From: Aquabacterium sp.
GTDB lineage: Bacteria; Pseudomonadota; Gammaproteobacteria; Burkholderiales; Burkholderiaceae_C
Assembly (NCBI RefSeq): GCF_016234775.1
Contig: NZ_JACRAH010000019.1
Span: 10,105-74,104 of the forward strand
Direction: 5' to 3'
Length of the DNA stretch: 64,000 nt
The position numbers and the translations under genes are program-made. Below, one piece after another: positions 55,872 through 64,000 of the stretch (within the stretch, counting starts at the first letter, position 1; every line of letters begins with the position of its first letter). The notes under the pieces are model-generated. The model worked only from the letters and a program-made list of their open reading frames with translations. It ran no database searches and had not been told where the DNA came from.

Positions 55872-57080
55872 TCAGCCTGAGATCACACCATCCGCCTTGA
55901 ACATCGCCTTGATGCCCCGCACCGCTTGCCGGATGCGGGGTTCGTTCTCGATGAGGGCAAAGCGCACGTGGTCATCGCCATGGTCACCAAAGCCGATGCC
56001 GGGCGACACGCACACCTTGGCTTTCTCCAGCAATTGCCGCGCGAACTCCAGCGAGCCCAGATCCTGGTAGTGATCGGGGATCTTCGCCCAGATGTACATC
56101 GAGGCCTTGGGGCATTCGACATTCCAGCCCGCCTCACGCAAGCCTTTGACCAGCACGTCGCGGCGGCTCTGGTATTTGGCGCAGATCTCGTGCACACATT
56201 GCTGATCACCTTCCAGCGCCGCAATGGCGGCTACCTGCAAGGGCGTGAAGGTGCCGTAGTCGTGGTAGCTCTTGATGCGGGCCAGCGCGGCCACCAGATC
56301 GGGGTTGCCCACCATGAAGCCAATGCGCCAGCCGGCCATGTTGTAGCTCTTGCTGAGGGTGAAGAACTCGACGGCGATGTCCTTGGCGCCAGGCACCTGC
56401 ATGATGGACGGCGCCTTCCAGCCGTCGAACACGATGTCGGCATAGGCCAGGTCATGCACCACGAAGATGTCGTGCTTTTTGGCCAGGGCCACCACGCGCT
56501 CGAAGAAGTCCAGCTCCACGCATTGCGCTGTGGGGTTGGAGGGGAAGCCCAGCACCATCATCTTGGGCTTGGGGTAACTGCCGCGGATGGCCTTTTCCAG
56601 CTCGGCAAAGAAGTCCACACCAGGCACCAGCGGCACCGAGCGGATGTCGGCCCCGGCAATCACGGCGCCATAGATGTGGATGGGGTACGAAGGGTCCGGC
56701 ACGAGCACGGTGTCGCCGCGGTCCAGCGTGGCCAGCATCAGGTGGGCCAGGCCTTCTTTCGACCCGATGGTGACGATGGCTTCCTTGTCCGGATCAATGT
56801 CGACCTGGTAGCGGTCCTTGTACCAGTGTGAGATGGCGCGGCGCAAACGCGGGATACCCTTGGAGGCCGAGTAGCCGTGAGTATCGGGCCGCTGGGCCAC
56901 CTCGGTGAGCTTGGCGACGATGTGCGGTGGTGTGGCCCCGTCGGGGTTGCCCATGCTCATGTCGATGATGTCTTCCCCACGCCTGCGGGCGGCCAGCTTG
57001 AGTTCTGCCGTGATGTTGAAGACGTAGGGGGGGAGGCGATCGATGCGCGCAAAGCGGCGCTTGCCTGCTTGAGAGGACAT
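55872..57080 (-). CDS. class I PLP-dependent aminotransferase (alanine transaminase-like)
   Basis: 402 aa. MGNPDG, GFPSNPT, and PLP-lysine context [15 protein letters not shown]. Confidence 0.85.
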   Translation of the reverse strand: MSSQAGKRRFARIDRLPPYVFNITAELKLAARRRGEDIIDMSMGNPDGATPPHIVAKLTEVAQRPDTHGYSASKGIPRLRRAISHWYKDRYQVDIDPDKEAIVTIGSKEGLAHLMLATLDRGDTVLVPDPSYPIHIYGAVIAGADIRSVPLVPGVDFFAELEKAIRGSYPKPKMMVLGFPSNPTAQCVELDFFERVVALAKKHDIFVVHDLAYADIVFDGWKAPSIMQVPGAKDIAVEFFTLSKSYNMAGWRIGFMVGNPDLVAALARIKSYHDYGTFTPLQVAAIAALEGDQQCVHEICAKYQSRRDVLVKGLREAGWNVECPKASMYIWAKIPDHYQDLGSLEFARQLLEKAKVCVSPGIGFGDHGDDHVRFALIENEPRIRQAVRGIKAMFKADGVISG

Positions 57081-57168
57081 GCTGAGAGTCTTTCACGTGA
57101 GCGCCCGGAACCGTCCGAGCGACGTGACCGCACGATGGGGTGCGGCCCGCAGCCATCCTATCCGCTTT

Positions 57169-58080
57169 TCAGCCTTGCTGCATGCGAAGTCGCCGGGCGT
57201 GTTCCTCATCCACCGCATCGTCGATCTCGCGCATCACGCCTTCCAGGTCTACAGCCTTGTGCTGGCGCTTGAACTGGCCGGTGAGCACGGTGTCGGTGCT
57301 CAGCAGCCCTTGTTCGTACAGGGCCCAGATCTCGGGGCCGTAGTGGCTGTTCAGCAGATCAGGTGCGAAGCCGCCAAAGAAGTTGCGCAGGTTCTCGACA
57401 TCGCGCAGCAGCATGCGTTGGGCGTGGTTGTTCCCGGCTGCGTCCACCGCCTGCGGCAGGTCGATGATGACGGGGCCATCGGCGGCCATCAGGATGTTGA
57501 ACTCCGACAGGTCGCCATGCACGATGCCCGCGCACAGCATGCGGACGACTTCCATCAACAGGGTTTGATGATGGGCGCGCGCTTCTTCCGCGGTGAAGAG
57601 CACGTCGTTGAGTCGCGGGGCCGCATCGCCGTGTTCATCCGCCACGAGCTCCATCAGCAAGACGCCATCGAGGAAGTTGTAGGGCTTGGGCACCCGCACG
57701 CCGGCCGCGGCCAGCCGGTACAAGGCATCGACCTCGGCGCTTTGCCAGGCCGCTTCCTGCGCCTGGCGGCCGAACTTGGTGCCCTTGGCCATGGCACGGG
57801 CTTCACGCGAGTTCTTGGTCTTGCGGTTTTCGGTGTAGTCCACCGCCTGGCGGAAGCTGCGTTGCGTGGCTTCCTTGTAGATCTTGGCGCAGCGGGTTTC
57901 GTCGCCAATGCGCACGACGAACACCATCGCCTCCTTGCCACTCATGAGCTGGCGAACGACCGAGTCGATCAGGCCTTCTTCCAGCAGGGGCTGCAGTCTG
58001 GGTGGGGTTTTCAACGGTGCACGCGGCGAAGTTCGCCCTGTGTGGTGGTCATGTTTGGCCTTGTTGGTACGGGCGTCCAT
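57169..58080 (-). CDS. RIO1-type atypical protein kinase
   Basis: Longest ORF trimmed to ATG 58080. RIO signatures: SGKEAMVF, catalytic HGDLSEFNIL, and metal-binding IDLPQAV. Confidence 0.8.
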   Translation of the reverse strand: MDARTNKAKHDHHTGRTSPRAPLKTPPRLQPLLEEGLIDSVVRQLMSGKEAMVFVVRIGDETRCAKIYKEATQRSFRQAVDYTENRKTKNSREARAMAKGTKFGRQAQEAAWQSAEVDALYRLAAAGVRVPKPYNFLDGVLLMELVADEHGDAAPRLNDVLFTAEEARAHHQTLLMEVVRMLCAGIVHGDLSEFNILMAADGPVIIDLPQAVDAAGNNHAQRMLLRDVENLRNFFGGFAPDLLNSHYGPEIWALYEQGLLSTDTVLTGQFKRQHKAVDLEGVMREIDDAVDEEHARRLRMQQG

Positions 58081-58176
58081 GCTAGCCCATCGTGACACCC
58101 ATGGCTTGCGTTTGCTTACATAGTGCCCTCCTAAGGGGGGGCGCCATTTGTCCGGTAAATCCGTATAGTTCTTCCT

Positions 58177-58372
58177 TATCAACGGCGGGCACTCAACACG
58201 ACACGCCGATGCCTTCAAGGCATACCGAGGGTGGAGAACTACAAAAACAATAGGGGAAAAACGCTGTCATCACCGCGAGGCACAACGCGGGATTGCAGGG
58301 GAGGAAAAGCGGCGGGCTATGTACCCGCAGCGAATATCAAACCGGTCGACCCGTGTCGATCGGTTTTTTTTT
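58177..58372 (+). ncRNA. candidate small RNA (5' end uncertain) ending at an intrinsic terminator
   Basis: The region lies between two minus-strand genes and contains several local hairpins (GCCTTCAAGGC, CGCG-N8-CGCG, GCGGG-N7-CCCGC). It ends in a 10-bp stem plus a 9-T run on the plus strand. A possible -10 TATAGT sits at 58164-58169, but the -35 is poor. Confidence 0.25.
58341..58372 (+). terminator. intrinsic terminator (plus-strand polarity favoured)
   Basis: ACCGGTCGAC (58341-58350), loop CCGT, GTCGATCGGT (58355-58364), with T-run 58364-58372. The single imperfect pair is G-U on the plus-strand RNA but C-A on the minus-strand RNA. Confidence 0.65.
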
Positions 58373-58392
58373 GACCTCAATCCGAGTGCGCC

Positions 58393-61300
58393 TCAACTTG
58401 AACGTACTACCCGATTTCGCCCCCCGCGTTTGGCTTCGTACAAAGCCTGATCGGCGACTTCGATGAACTGGGTGGGTCTGGTGTCCTGCGTGGGTACAAA
58501 TGAAGTGATTCCCACGCTGATGGTCACGATCCCGAACGTGGATTTGGCGTGGGGTTCGCGGCGGGCTTCGATCGCCGCCCGCACGCGCTCGGCCACGACA
58601 AAGGTACCGTTCAGATCCGTGTTGGGCAGCAGCAGCACGAACTCTTCGCCACCATAGCGCGCGATCAGATCTGACCCCGCGCGCAGGCCCGTGCGCATGA
58701 GGCTCGCCACCAGTTGCAGGCAGGTATCGCCCCCCTGATGGCCGTAATGGTCGTTGTAGAGCTTGAAGTGATCGATGTCGATCATGACCAGGCCGACGGG
58801 GGATTTCGTGCGCTTGGCGCGCAACCACTCGGCATCCAGCGCTTCGTTGAACTTGCGGCGGTTGGACACCCCCGTGAGGGCATCTGTCGAGCTCAATAGC
58901 TCCAGCCGCTTGTTGGCCTCTTCCAGTTCGGCGGTGCGGGCCGCTACTTTTTCTTCCAGCGAGGCATACAAGAGGGCGTTGTCCAGCGACACCGAGAGTT
59001 GCCCGGCGATCAGGGACACGGCGTCCAGACGGTCTGAAGAAAAGGCGCTGCGGCTGAGGCGGTTTTCCAGCAGCAGCATGGCTTTGAGCTCGCCCTGGCT
59101 GATCACGGGCAGCAGCAACATCGAGCACTGTTTGACGCCGTCGAAGTACGGGTCACGGCTGAAGCGTTCGTCTTTGGTGGCTTCGGCCAGCAGCAGCGGC
59201 TCGCGCATGCGCTCGGCATACTGGAACACCGACAGGGGCAACTGACGGTGCTGGGCCGCTGCGTCCAGGCTGAGCTTGGTGGTCTTGTCACCCTCATGCG
59301 CAAAGACTTGCCAGGCATCGCCTTCGTCAGACCTCACAGCCATCGTCACGGAGGCCGCGCCGGTCATGGCGCCCAGCACTTTGCTGACGCGCTTGTTGAG
59401 CTTGTCCAGGCTGGTCTCGGAGCTCAGGGCCTGTGATGCGCGCAGCACGGACATCACGTCGACCATGTCGGTGGAGACGATGGTGCTGCGGCTGCCTGCG
59501 CTGGATTTGCGGGCTGTGCGGCTGCGCAGGAAGCTGAACTCGTCGGCCATCTGGGCCACCTTGGCCTTGGCGCCCCAGGCGGCATACAGATCCTGTGCCG
59601 CGTGTATCAATGGCCTGCCGGTGGCTTCCATGCCCTGGCTGAGATGGAAGCGGGCGGCACGCTCGGTGATCAGGGCGCGGTGCCAGGGACGGGTGCGCTC
59701 GGCAGCCGCGTTCATGGCGTTGTTGAAACCCGTGGTGGCCGCCCAGTGCTCACCAACGGCCCAGGCGCGTTCGGCATCCAGCCACAGGTGCAGGTGGTGG
59801 AAGTTGGCCGGTGCGTCCTTGGCACGGCGCTTGAGCCACTTCAGCGACTTGTCCAGATCGGCCAGCAAAGGGAGGCGCTCCTCCGAGTCCGCACTCAAGC
59901 TCTGCAGCCGTTGGGCCAGGGCCAGCGCATAAAAGAGATGCGTGCGCGAATAGATGTGGTTGCCGATGGCCCGAGGCAGGAGCGGCATCGCCGCGCAGGC
60001 GTGTTGGTACAGCTTGGCTTCATCGTGAAAGATGGCTGCAGACAGGGCGCGCCCCACGTGGAAGTACGAGCCGGCAATGGGTGGGGCCGAGATAGAGGCC
60101 TCGTGAGTGGCTTCATCAAACTCCGCGTCATTGAAGGAGCCCGGCGTGCTGTCGGGTGGCATGTCGCCATGCAAGGCTTTGTATAGCTGGTAAGCCGGGC
60201 GGTGCATTTGCAGGAAGTTGTGGTCGCCCAGCCGGGCAGCTGCCCCGAATGCGGCCTTGATTTCATCCAGGCAGCCATCGATACTGGGTGAGATTTCAAA
60301 CAGCGTGGTCCACAAACCGTACGTGAACATGCCATATTGAAAGTCTCCGGCCTGGAACAGTCCTTCGCGCGCTTTGCGAATCATTGGCACGGCTTCTTCA
60401 AGCGGCTCGTACCAGTGCGATACCCAAAAGGCGTGCAAGAAGCGCGTCACTGAAGTGGCCGGTTCATAGTGCCGGGCTTCGCCTACTTTCAGCAGATGGC
60501 GGCTGAGCGTGTAGGCGCCTTCATAGTCCTCCGCGATGGCCATGAGCTGTATGGGGGTGGAGCTCAAGGTCATCATCAACGCTGGACAGGGACCGTGCTC
60601 TACCCACAAACGATGACTTTCCATGGTCAGCCAGGAGCCAATCTTGGCCGCGCAGAAGTAGGCTGCCACTTGGGTCTTGCTCAGTACCTTGGCCATGGCC
60701 AGGATGAGCGGGTCCGTCACTTCGGCGCGCGTGAGGTCTTGCTCTTTGTCGGGGCTGGCGATCCAGGTGGCCATCTTGAACAGGCTCATGCCAATGGACG
60801 TCTTGATGTCCTCGGGTTGCGCCAGGCCCAGCTCCTTGAGAAGCCCCAGACCCAGCGCCACGGCGTCCTTGTGGCGGCTGCGGTTGCTCAGGCTGGCGAT
60901 TTGCACGGTGGCCATGTCCACGAGCGCCATGGGGGCCGGTTGGCTGGCCACGAGGGCGTCATAAACCTGGTCAGCCTCGTCCAGCCGACCCAGCCCATAC
61001 AGCGCAGCGTGGCGATCGGCTTGCAGCTTGAACAGGCGTTCTCGGTCGGCTGCGTTCAAGTCGATGCGCGACATCAGGTGGATGGCAGCAGACAGGAAGC
61101 GCTCGCACAGGTCGTAGTTGATGACGCGGTTGATAGCGGACGCTTCCTGGAACAGCTCGATCACCCGGTGGCATTCAACGGGGTCATCAATGGCTTCGTG
61201 CGCGGGCAGATACTGCTTGGCGGCCAGGGCTGACAGCTTGGGGTGTGCAGCGAGGCGGCGCGCCAGCGCCAGCCGGACTCGCGACTGACTGCTCTGATCC

Positions 61301-63348
61301 AGCATGCGTTCGTGCGTGGCTTGTTGCACACGGTCGTGCCGGAAGCGGATCTGGTTTTCGTGGCTGTTGTGGGCCACGATCAGGCCGTCTTCCAGTGCCG
61401 GCGCCAGTTGGCGCTCCATGAGGTCCATGTCTCGCCCACTTGCCAGCGACAGCAGACTGGTCGTGACTTCGCCGCCCAGGCAGGCCAGGATTTCCAGCAG
61501 TTCGTGCGCAGGTTGGGGGAGGCGGTCAATGCGGCGGCCCAGCAGGCCCACCACATCGCAGTCGCCCACGAACTGGCGGATGGCGGCATCGTTCCAGTGC
61601 CAGTTGCCTTGAGCAGGCGTCAACAGGCCGTCATGGCGCAAGGCGTTGATGAGTTCGACCGTGTCGTAGGGGTTGCCTTGCGTGCGTTCGTACAAGGTGG
61701 CGCCCAGGCGGCGGGCATCGCGATCAGGCAGGCGCAGCATGTTGCCAATCAACTGGCCCAAGTCCTGATCGGGCAGGTTGCCCAGCTCCATGATGGGGGG
61801 GGCAACACCCAGCTTGGCCCAGCGCGCCAGCATGGCGGACAGTGGGTGCGCGGCATCTACTTCATTGCCTCGGTAGGCGCCAACGATGAGCAGGCCTTGC
61901 AGCTCTTTGTCATGGGTCATCAGCGCGTCCATGAAGCGCAGCGACACGGCTGGCGCCCATTGCAGGTCGTCCACGACCAGTACCAGGGGCTGTTCGGGTG
62001 ACACCACGCTCTTGAGCATGTCGACTGTGGCCTGGATCATGCGGCTTTCGGCTTCAACCGGGTCGTCCACCTTGATCCTGGGCAGTTTGCCCAGCAATAC
62101 GGCGAACTCGGGCAGCAGCGAGGGGCCCAGGCCGGCATTGGCGCCCAGGGCCTTCAGGATGCGCATGCGGTGGCGTTCCAGGGTGGCCTGGGGCTCGGCC
62201 AGCAGCAGTCTGCCCAAAGCGCGCAAAGCCTGCACAAAGGCCGAGGTGGTGTCGCGTTGGTATTGTTCGAACTTGCCCGTCACGAACCAGCCACGGCGCG
62301 CTGTCACCATGGGTTGCAGTTCGTTGATCAGGGCGCTCTTGCCTACGCCGGGTGCGCCAGAGATCAACAGCGCTCGCCCTTCACCGCGCGCCGCACCATC
62401 AATGGCCTCTTGCAGACTCGCGATTTCTTCGGTGCGGCCGATCAGCGCCGACGGTGGTGACAGGCGCAGCGGGAAGTCATCCTGGCCAAGCGGGAAGCTC
62501 TGCGCGGGCTGATCCTGATCGAGTCGTTCACGTAAGCGCACCAGGTCGTGGCACAGGCCTTCGGCGCTCTGGTAACGCTGGTCGGCTTCCTTTTCCAGCA
62601 GGCGCATGATGATGTCTGACAGCGCCAGCGGCACGCCGGGGCGAGCCAGCGCAGGGGCCAGGGGTTGGCGGACGAGGTGGTCGTGGATCAGCTCCAGCAG
62701 GTCGTCACTCTCAAATGGCTTGTGGCCAACGGTCAGTTCATAAAGGGTCACGCCCAGGGCATACAGGTCCGAGCGTTGGTCCACAGCGCGGCCAGTGCGG
62801 CCGGTCTGCTCGGGCGCCATATAGGCCAGGGTGCCGGCAATGTGGTTCTGGTGCACAAAGCCCAGGCGCTCCTGGGCAAAGCAACTGGCGATGTTGAAAT
62901 CGATCAGTACGGGTCGACGCTCGGCGCCCACCAGCAAGATGTTGGCGGGGTTGATGTCTTTGTGGATGACGCCGACGCGGTGCATGGCCGCCAGGGTGTG
63001 GCTCAGCGCCCAGGCGAGGCGGACGATGGCGTCGACGGTGAGCTTTTCAGTCAGCAGCAGCTGAGCCAGGGGGATGCCACCCTCGTCATGAAAAACCAAT
63101 GCGCCCGCCGTCTGATCCGGTAAGAGTTTGACCACACCGGGGACCGAGGTGAGTCGCTCCAGAATCGAGGCTTCGTGACGCAGGCGGGTCTGGGCATCGG
63201 CACCCAATGCCTGTTTGATCACGATCGGGCCTTGCGCTGTCTTGCGCCGGGTGATCAGCGTGCGCTCGTTCTTGTAGAGCACCTCGTCATGCGCTGGCGC
63301 AGGCCCCTCGGACGAAGTAGCAAGTTGTCGTGTGTCTGAATGGTCCAT
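58393..63348 (-). CDS. multidomain signalling protein: Ser/Thr-kinase-like domain, AAA/STAND ATPase, helical repeat region, GAF, GGDEF
   Basis: About 1650 aa from ATG 63348 (ORF extends to 63387). Kinase-like motifs HKDINPANILL, DFN, and AGTLAYMAPEQ. Walker A GAPGVGKS and Walker B LVLVVDD. A long helical region, then GAF, then C-terminal GGDEF with RYGGEEF. Confidence 0.85.
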   Translation of the reverse strand: MDHSDTRQLATSSEGPAPAHDEVLYKNERTLITRRKTAQGPIVIKQALGADAQTRLRHEASILERLTSVPGVVKLLPDQTAGALVFHDEGGIPLAQLLLTEKLTVDAIVRLAWALSHTLAAMHRVGVIHKDINPANILLVGAERRPVLIDFNIASCFAQERLGFVHQNHIAGTLAYMAPEQTGRTGRAVDQRSDLYALGVTLYELTVGHKPFESDDLLELIHDHLVRQPLAPALARPGVPLALSDIIMRLLEKEADQRYQSAEGLCHDLVRLRERLDQDQPAQSFPLGQDDFPLRLSPPSALIGRTEEIASLQEAIDGAARGEGRALLISGAPGVGKSALINELQPMVTARRGWFVTGKFEQYQRDTTSAFVQALRALGRLLLAEPQATLERHRMRILKALGANAGLGPSLLPEFAVLLGKLPRIKVDDPVEAESRMIQATVDMLKSVVSPEQPLVLVVDDLQWAPAVSLRFMDALMTHDKELQGLLIVGAYRGNEVDAAHPLSAMLARWAKLGVAPPIMELGNLPDQDLGQLIGNMLRLPDRDARRLGATLYERTQGNPYDTVELINALRHDGLLTPAQGNWHWNDAAIRQFVGDCDVVGLLGRRIDRLPQPAHELLEILACLGGEVTTSLLSLASGRDMDLMERQLAPALEDGLIVAHNSHENQIRFRHDRVQQATHERMLDQSSQSRVRLALARRLAAHPKLSALAAKQYLPAHEAIDDPVECHRVIELFQEASAINRVINYDLCERFLSAAIHLMSRIDLNAADRERLFKLQADRHAALYGLGRLDEADQVYDALVASQPAPMALVDMATVQIASLSNRSRHKDAVALGLGLLKELGLAQPEDIKTSIGMSLFKMATWIASPDKEQDLTRAEVTDPLILAMAKVLSKTQVAAYFCAAKIGSWLTMESHRLWVEHGPCPALMMTLSSTPIQLMAIAEDYEGAYTLSRHLLKVGEARHYEPATSVTRFLHAFWVSHWYEPLEEAVPMIRKAREGLFQAGDFQYGMFTYGLWTTLFEISPSIDGCLDEIKAAFGAAARLGDHNFLQMHRPAYQLYKALHGDMPPDSTPGSFNDAEFDEATHEASISAPPIAGSYFHVGRALSAAIFHDEAKLYQHACAAMPLLPRAIGNHIYSRTHLFYALALAQRLQSLSADSEERLPLLADLDKSLKWLKRRAKDAPANFHHLHLWLDAERAWAVGEHWAATTGFNNAMNAAAERTRPWHRALITERAARFHLSQGMEATGRPLIHAAQDLYAAWGAKAKVAQMADEFSFLRSRTARKSSAGSRSTIVSTDMVDVMSVLRASQALSSETSLDKLNKRVSKVLGAMTGAASVTMAVRSDEGDAWQVFAHEGDKTTKLSLDAAAQHRQLPLSVFQYAERMREPLLLAEATKDERFSRDPYFDGVKQCSMLLLPVISQGELKAMLLLENRLSRSAFSSDRLDAVSLIAGQLSVSLDNALLYASLEEKVAARTAELEEANKRLELLSSTDALTGVSNRRKFNEALDAEWLRAKRTKSPVGLVMIDIDHFKLYNDHYGHQGGDTCLQLVASLMRTGLRAGSDLIARYGGEEFVLLLPNTDLNGTFVVAERVRAAIEARREPHAKSTFGIVTISVGITSFVPTQDTRPTQFIEVADQALYEAKRGGRNRVVRSS

Positions 63349-63513
63349 CGTGCGCGCACCTTCGTGGTTGCAGGCCCGATCGCCCAAAGTGTGACGTCTT
63401 TCACGGTGCCATCGTGCGGACGTGCGGCGGGCAGGCCTGTGGTCGGATTTCGGACGAAAACCGCGCCAACTGAAGGGGTTTCAGTGCCGGGTGACCAGGC
63501 ACTTTGCGGCAAA

Positions 63514-64000
63514 TCAGGCAGCCTTGATCTCGGCCTGAAACCAGCGGTCCAGCCCATCCCAGATGAACATCAGGTGCTCGACCACCTGGTCGATCGGCTG
63601 GCGAAAGCCGTTTTGTACCCAGATCAGGCAGGCCTGCAGGGACGAGCCGATCAAGGCCGCACCAATGATTTCCAGCTCGATGTGGGCGGGCAGTTTCGGA
63701 TAGATCAACCCGGCCAGATGGGCCATGGCCTGGGCTTGCTGATTGAGTTCGGGGTTGCTGCGGATCGTGACGTGGCGCCAGTAACTGGACGCGTCGACCA
63801 GCAAGATCTGGGCTCGGCGGGGGTCTTCCTGCACGAAATGCAGAAAGGCGCGCAGGCCGGCCTGGGCCAGCATCCTGGTGTCGAGGGCGGTCTGGGCCAT
63901 GGCGGAGCCCGTGGCGGCGAGCGCCTGTTTGCTGAGCAGCTTGAAGGCCGCTTCATAAGCATCGGCCGCGCTGCTGAAGTGTTCCGCAAAGTAGCGTTCG
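63514..64000 (-). CDS. probable TetR/AcrR-family regulator, C-terminal part (5' end beyond window)
   Basis: The frame is open from the stop at 63514 to the window edge. The helical C-terminal ligand-domain-like sequence fits the family. The HTH part is not in the window, so the family call is tentative. Confidence 0.4.
   Translation of the reverse strand, partial: ERYFAEHFSSAADAYEAAFKLLSKQALAATGSAMAQTALDTRMLAQAGLRAFLHFVQEDPRRAQILLVDASSYWRHVTIRSNPELNQQAQAMAHLAGLIYPKLPAHIELEIIGAALIGSSLQACLIWVQNGFRQPIDQVVEHLMFIWDGLDRWFQAEIKAA

Noticed and set aside
58081-58218. N-terminal 46-aa extension of the RIO kinase ORF. Analogous longest-ORF extensions occur at mltA (to 16456), apaG (to 17005), the esterase (from 8856), the DsbA-like gene (from 24651), BVMO (from 52694) and CapA (from 54812).
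   Set aside because: The extensions are Arg/Pro/Cys-rich, overlap neighbouring genes or promoters, and are unlike the families. Internal starts give proper signal peptides, or N-termini typical of the family, or a Shine-Dalgarno match.
58100-58380. Possibility that the structured spacer is a known housekeeping RNA (tRNA, tmRNA, 6S, SRP, RNase P) or a riboswitch.
   Set aside because: There is no T-loop GGTTCGAATCC, no tmRNA or RNase P conserved boxes, and no end-to-end 6S-like pairing. No plus-strand gene lies downstream for a riboswitch to control. It is kept only as an uncharacterised sRNA candidate.

Overview
GC-rich chromosomal segment. Protein sequences and gene content suggest a betaproteobacterium of the Burkholderiales type, but this is inference only. 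I call about 55 protein-coding genes and find no rRNA, tRNA, transposase or integrase. The clearest accessory element is a complete type I-C CRISPR-Cas locus (cas3-cas5c-cas8c-cas7c-cas4-cas1-cas2, 25916-33661). It is followed by a leader and a 27-repeat, 26-spacer array (33842-35608), and cas8c carries an internal SD+GTG consistent with a separately translated Cas11c. The rest is housekeeping (priA, cynS, mltA, apaG, rpe, glycerate pathway genes, two aminotransferases) mixed with unusually dense signal transduction. That includes three histidine kinases (two of them hybrid), an HD-GYP response regulator, an HDOD protein, two GGDEF proteins, a RIO-type kinase and a 1650-aa Ser/Thr-kinase-like/STAND-ATPase/GAF/GGDEF fusion. 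Items worth a second look: (1) a 940-bp gene-free, less GC-rich region upstream of priA with a duplicated module of consensus DnaA boxes, a candidate oriC or DnaA-titration locus; (2) a cluster of two orphan binding-protein-like paralogs, a porin-like OMP, a small PBP-like protein and a membrane diguanylate cyclase, bracketed by two paralogous lipoproteins, with a third binding-protein paralog next to a hybrid kinase at 2.6 kb; (3) a structured intergenic region at 58.1-58.4 kb whose terminator hairpin pairs better on the strand opposite to both flanking genes, a candidate sRNA; (4) an orphan UPF0175 antitoxin-like gene immediately upstream of cas3. None of these can be proven from sequence alone, and I did not recognise a clear-cut novel multi-gene defence system.
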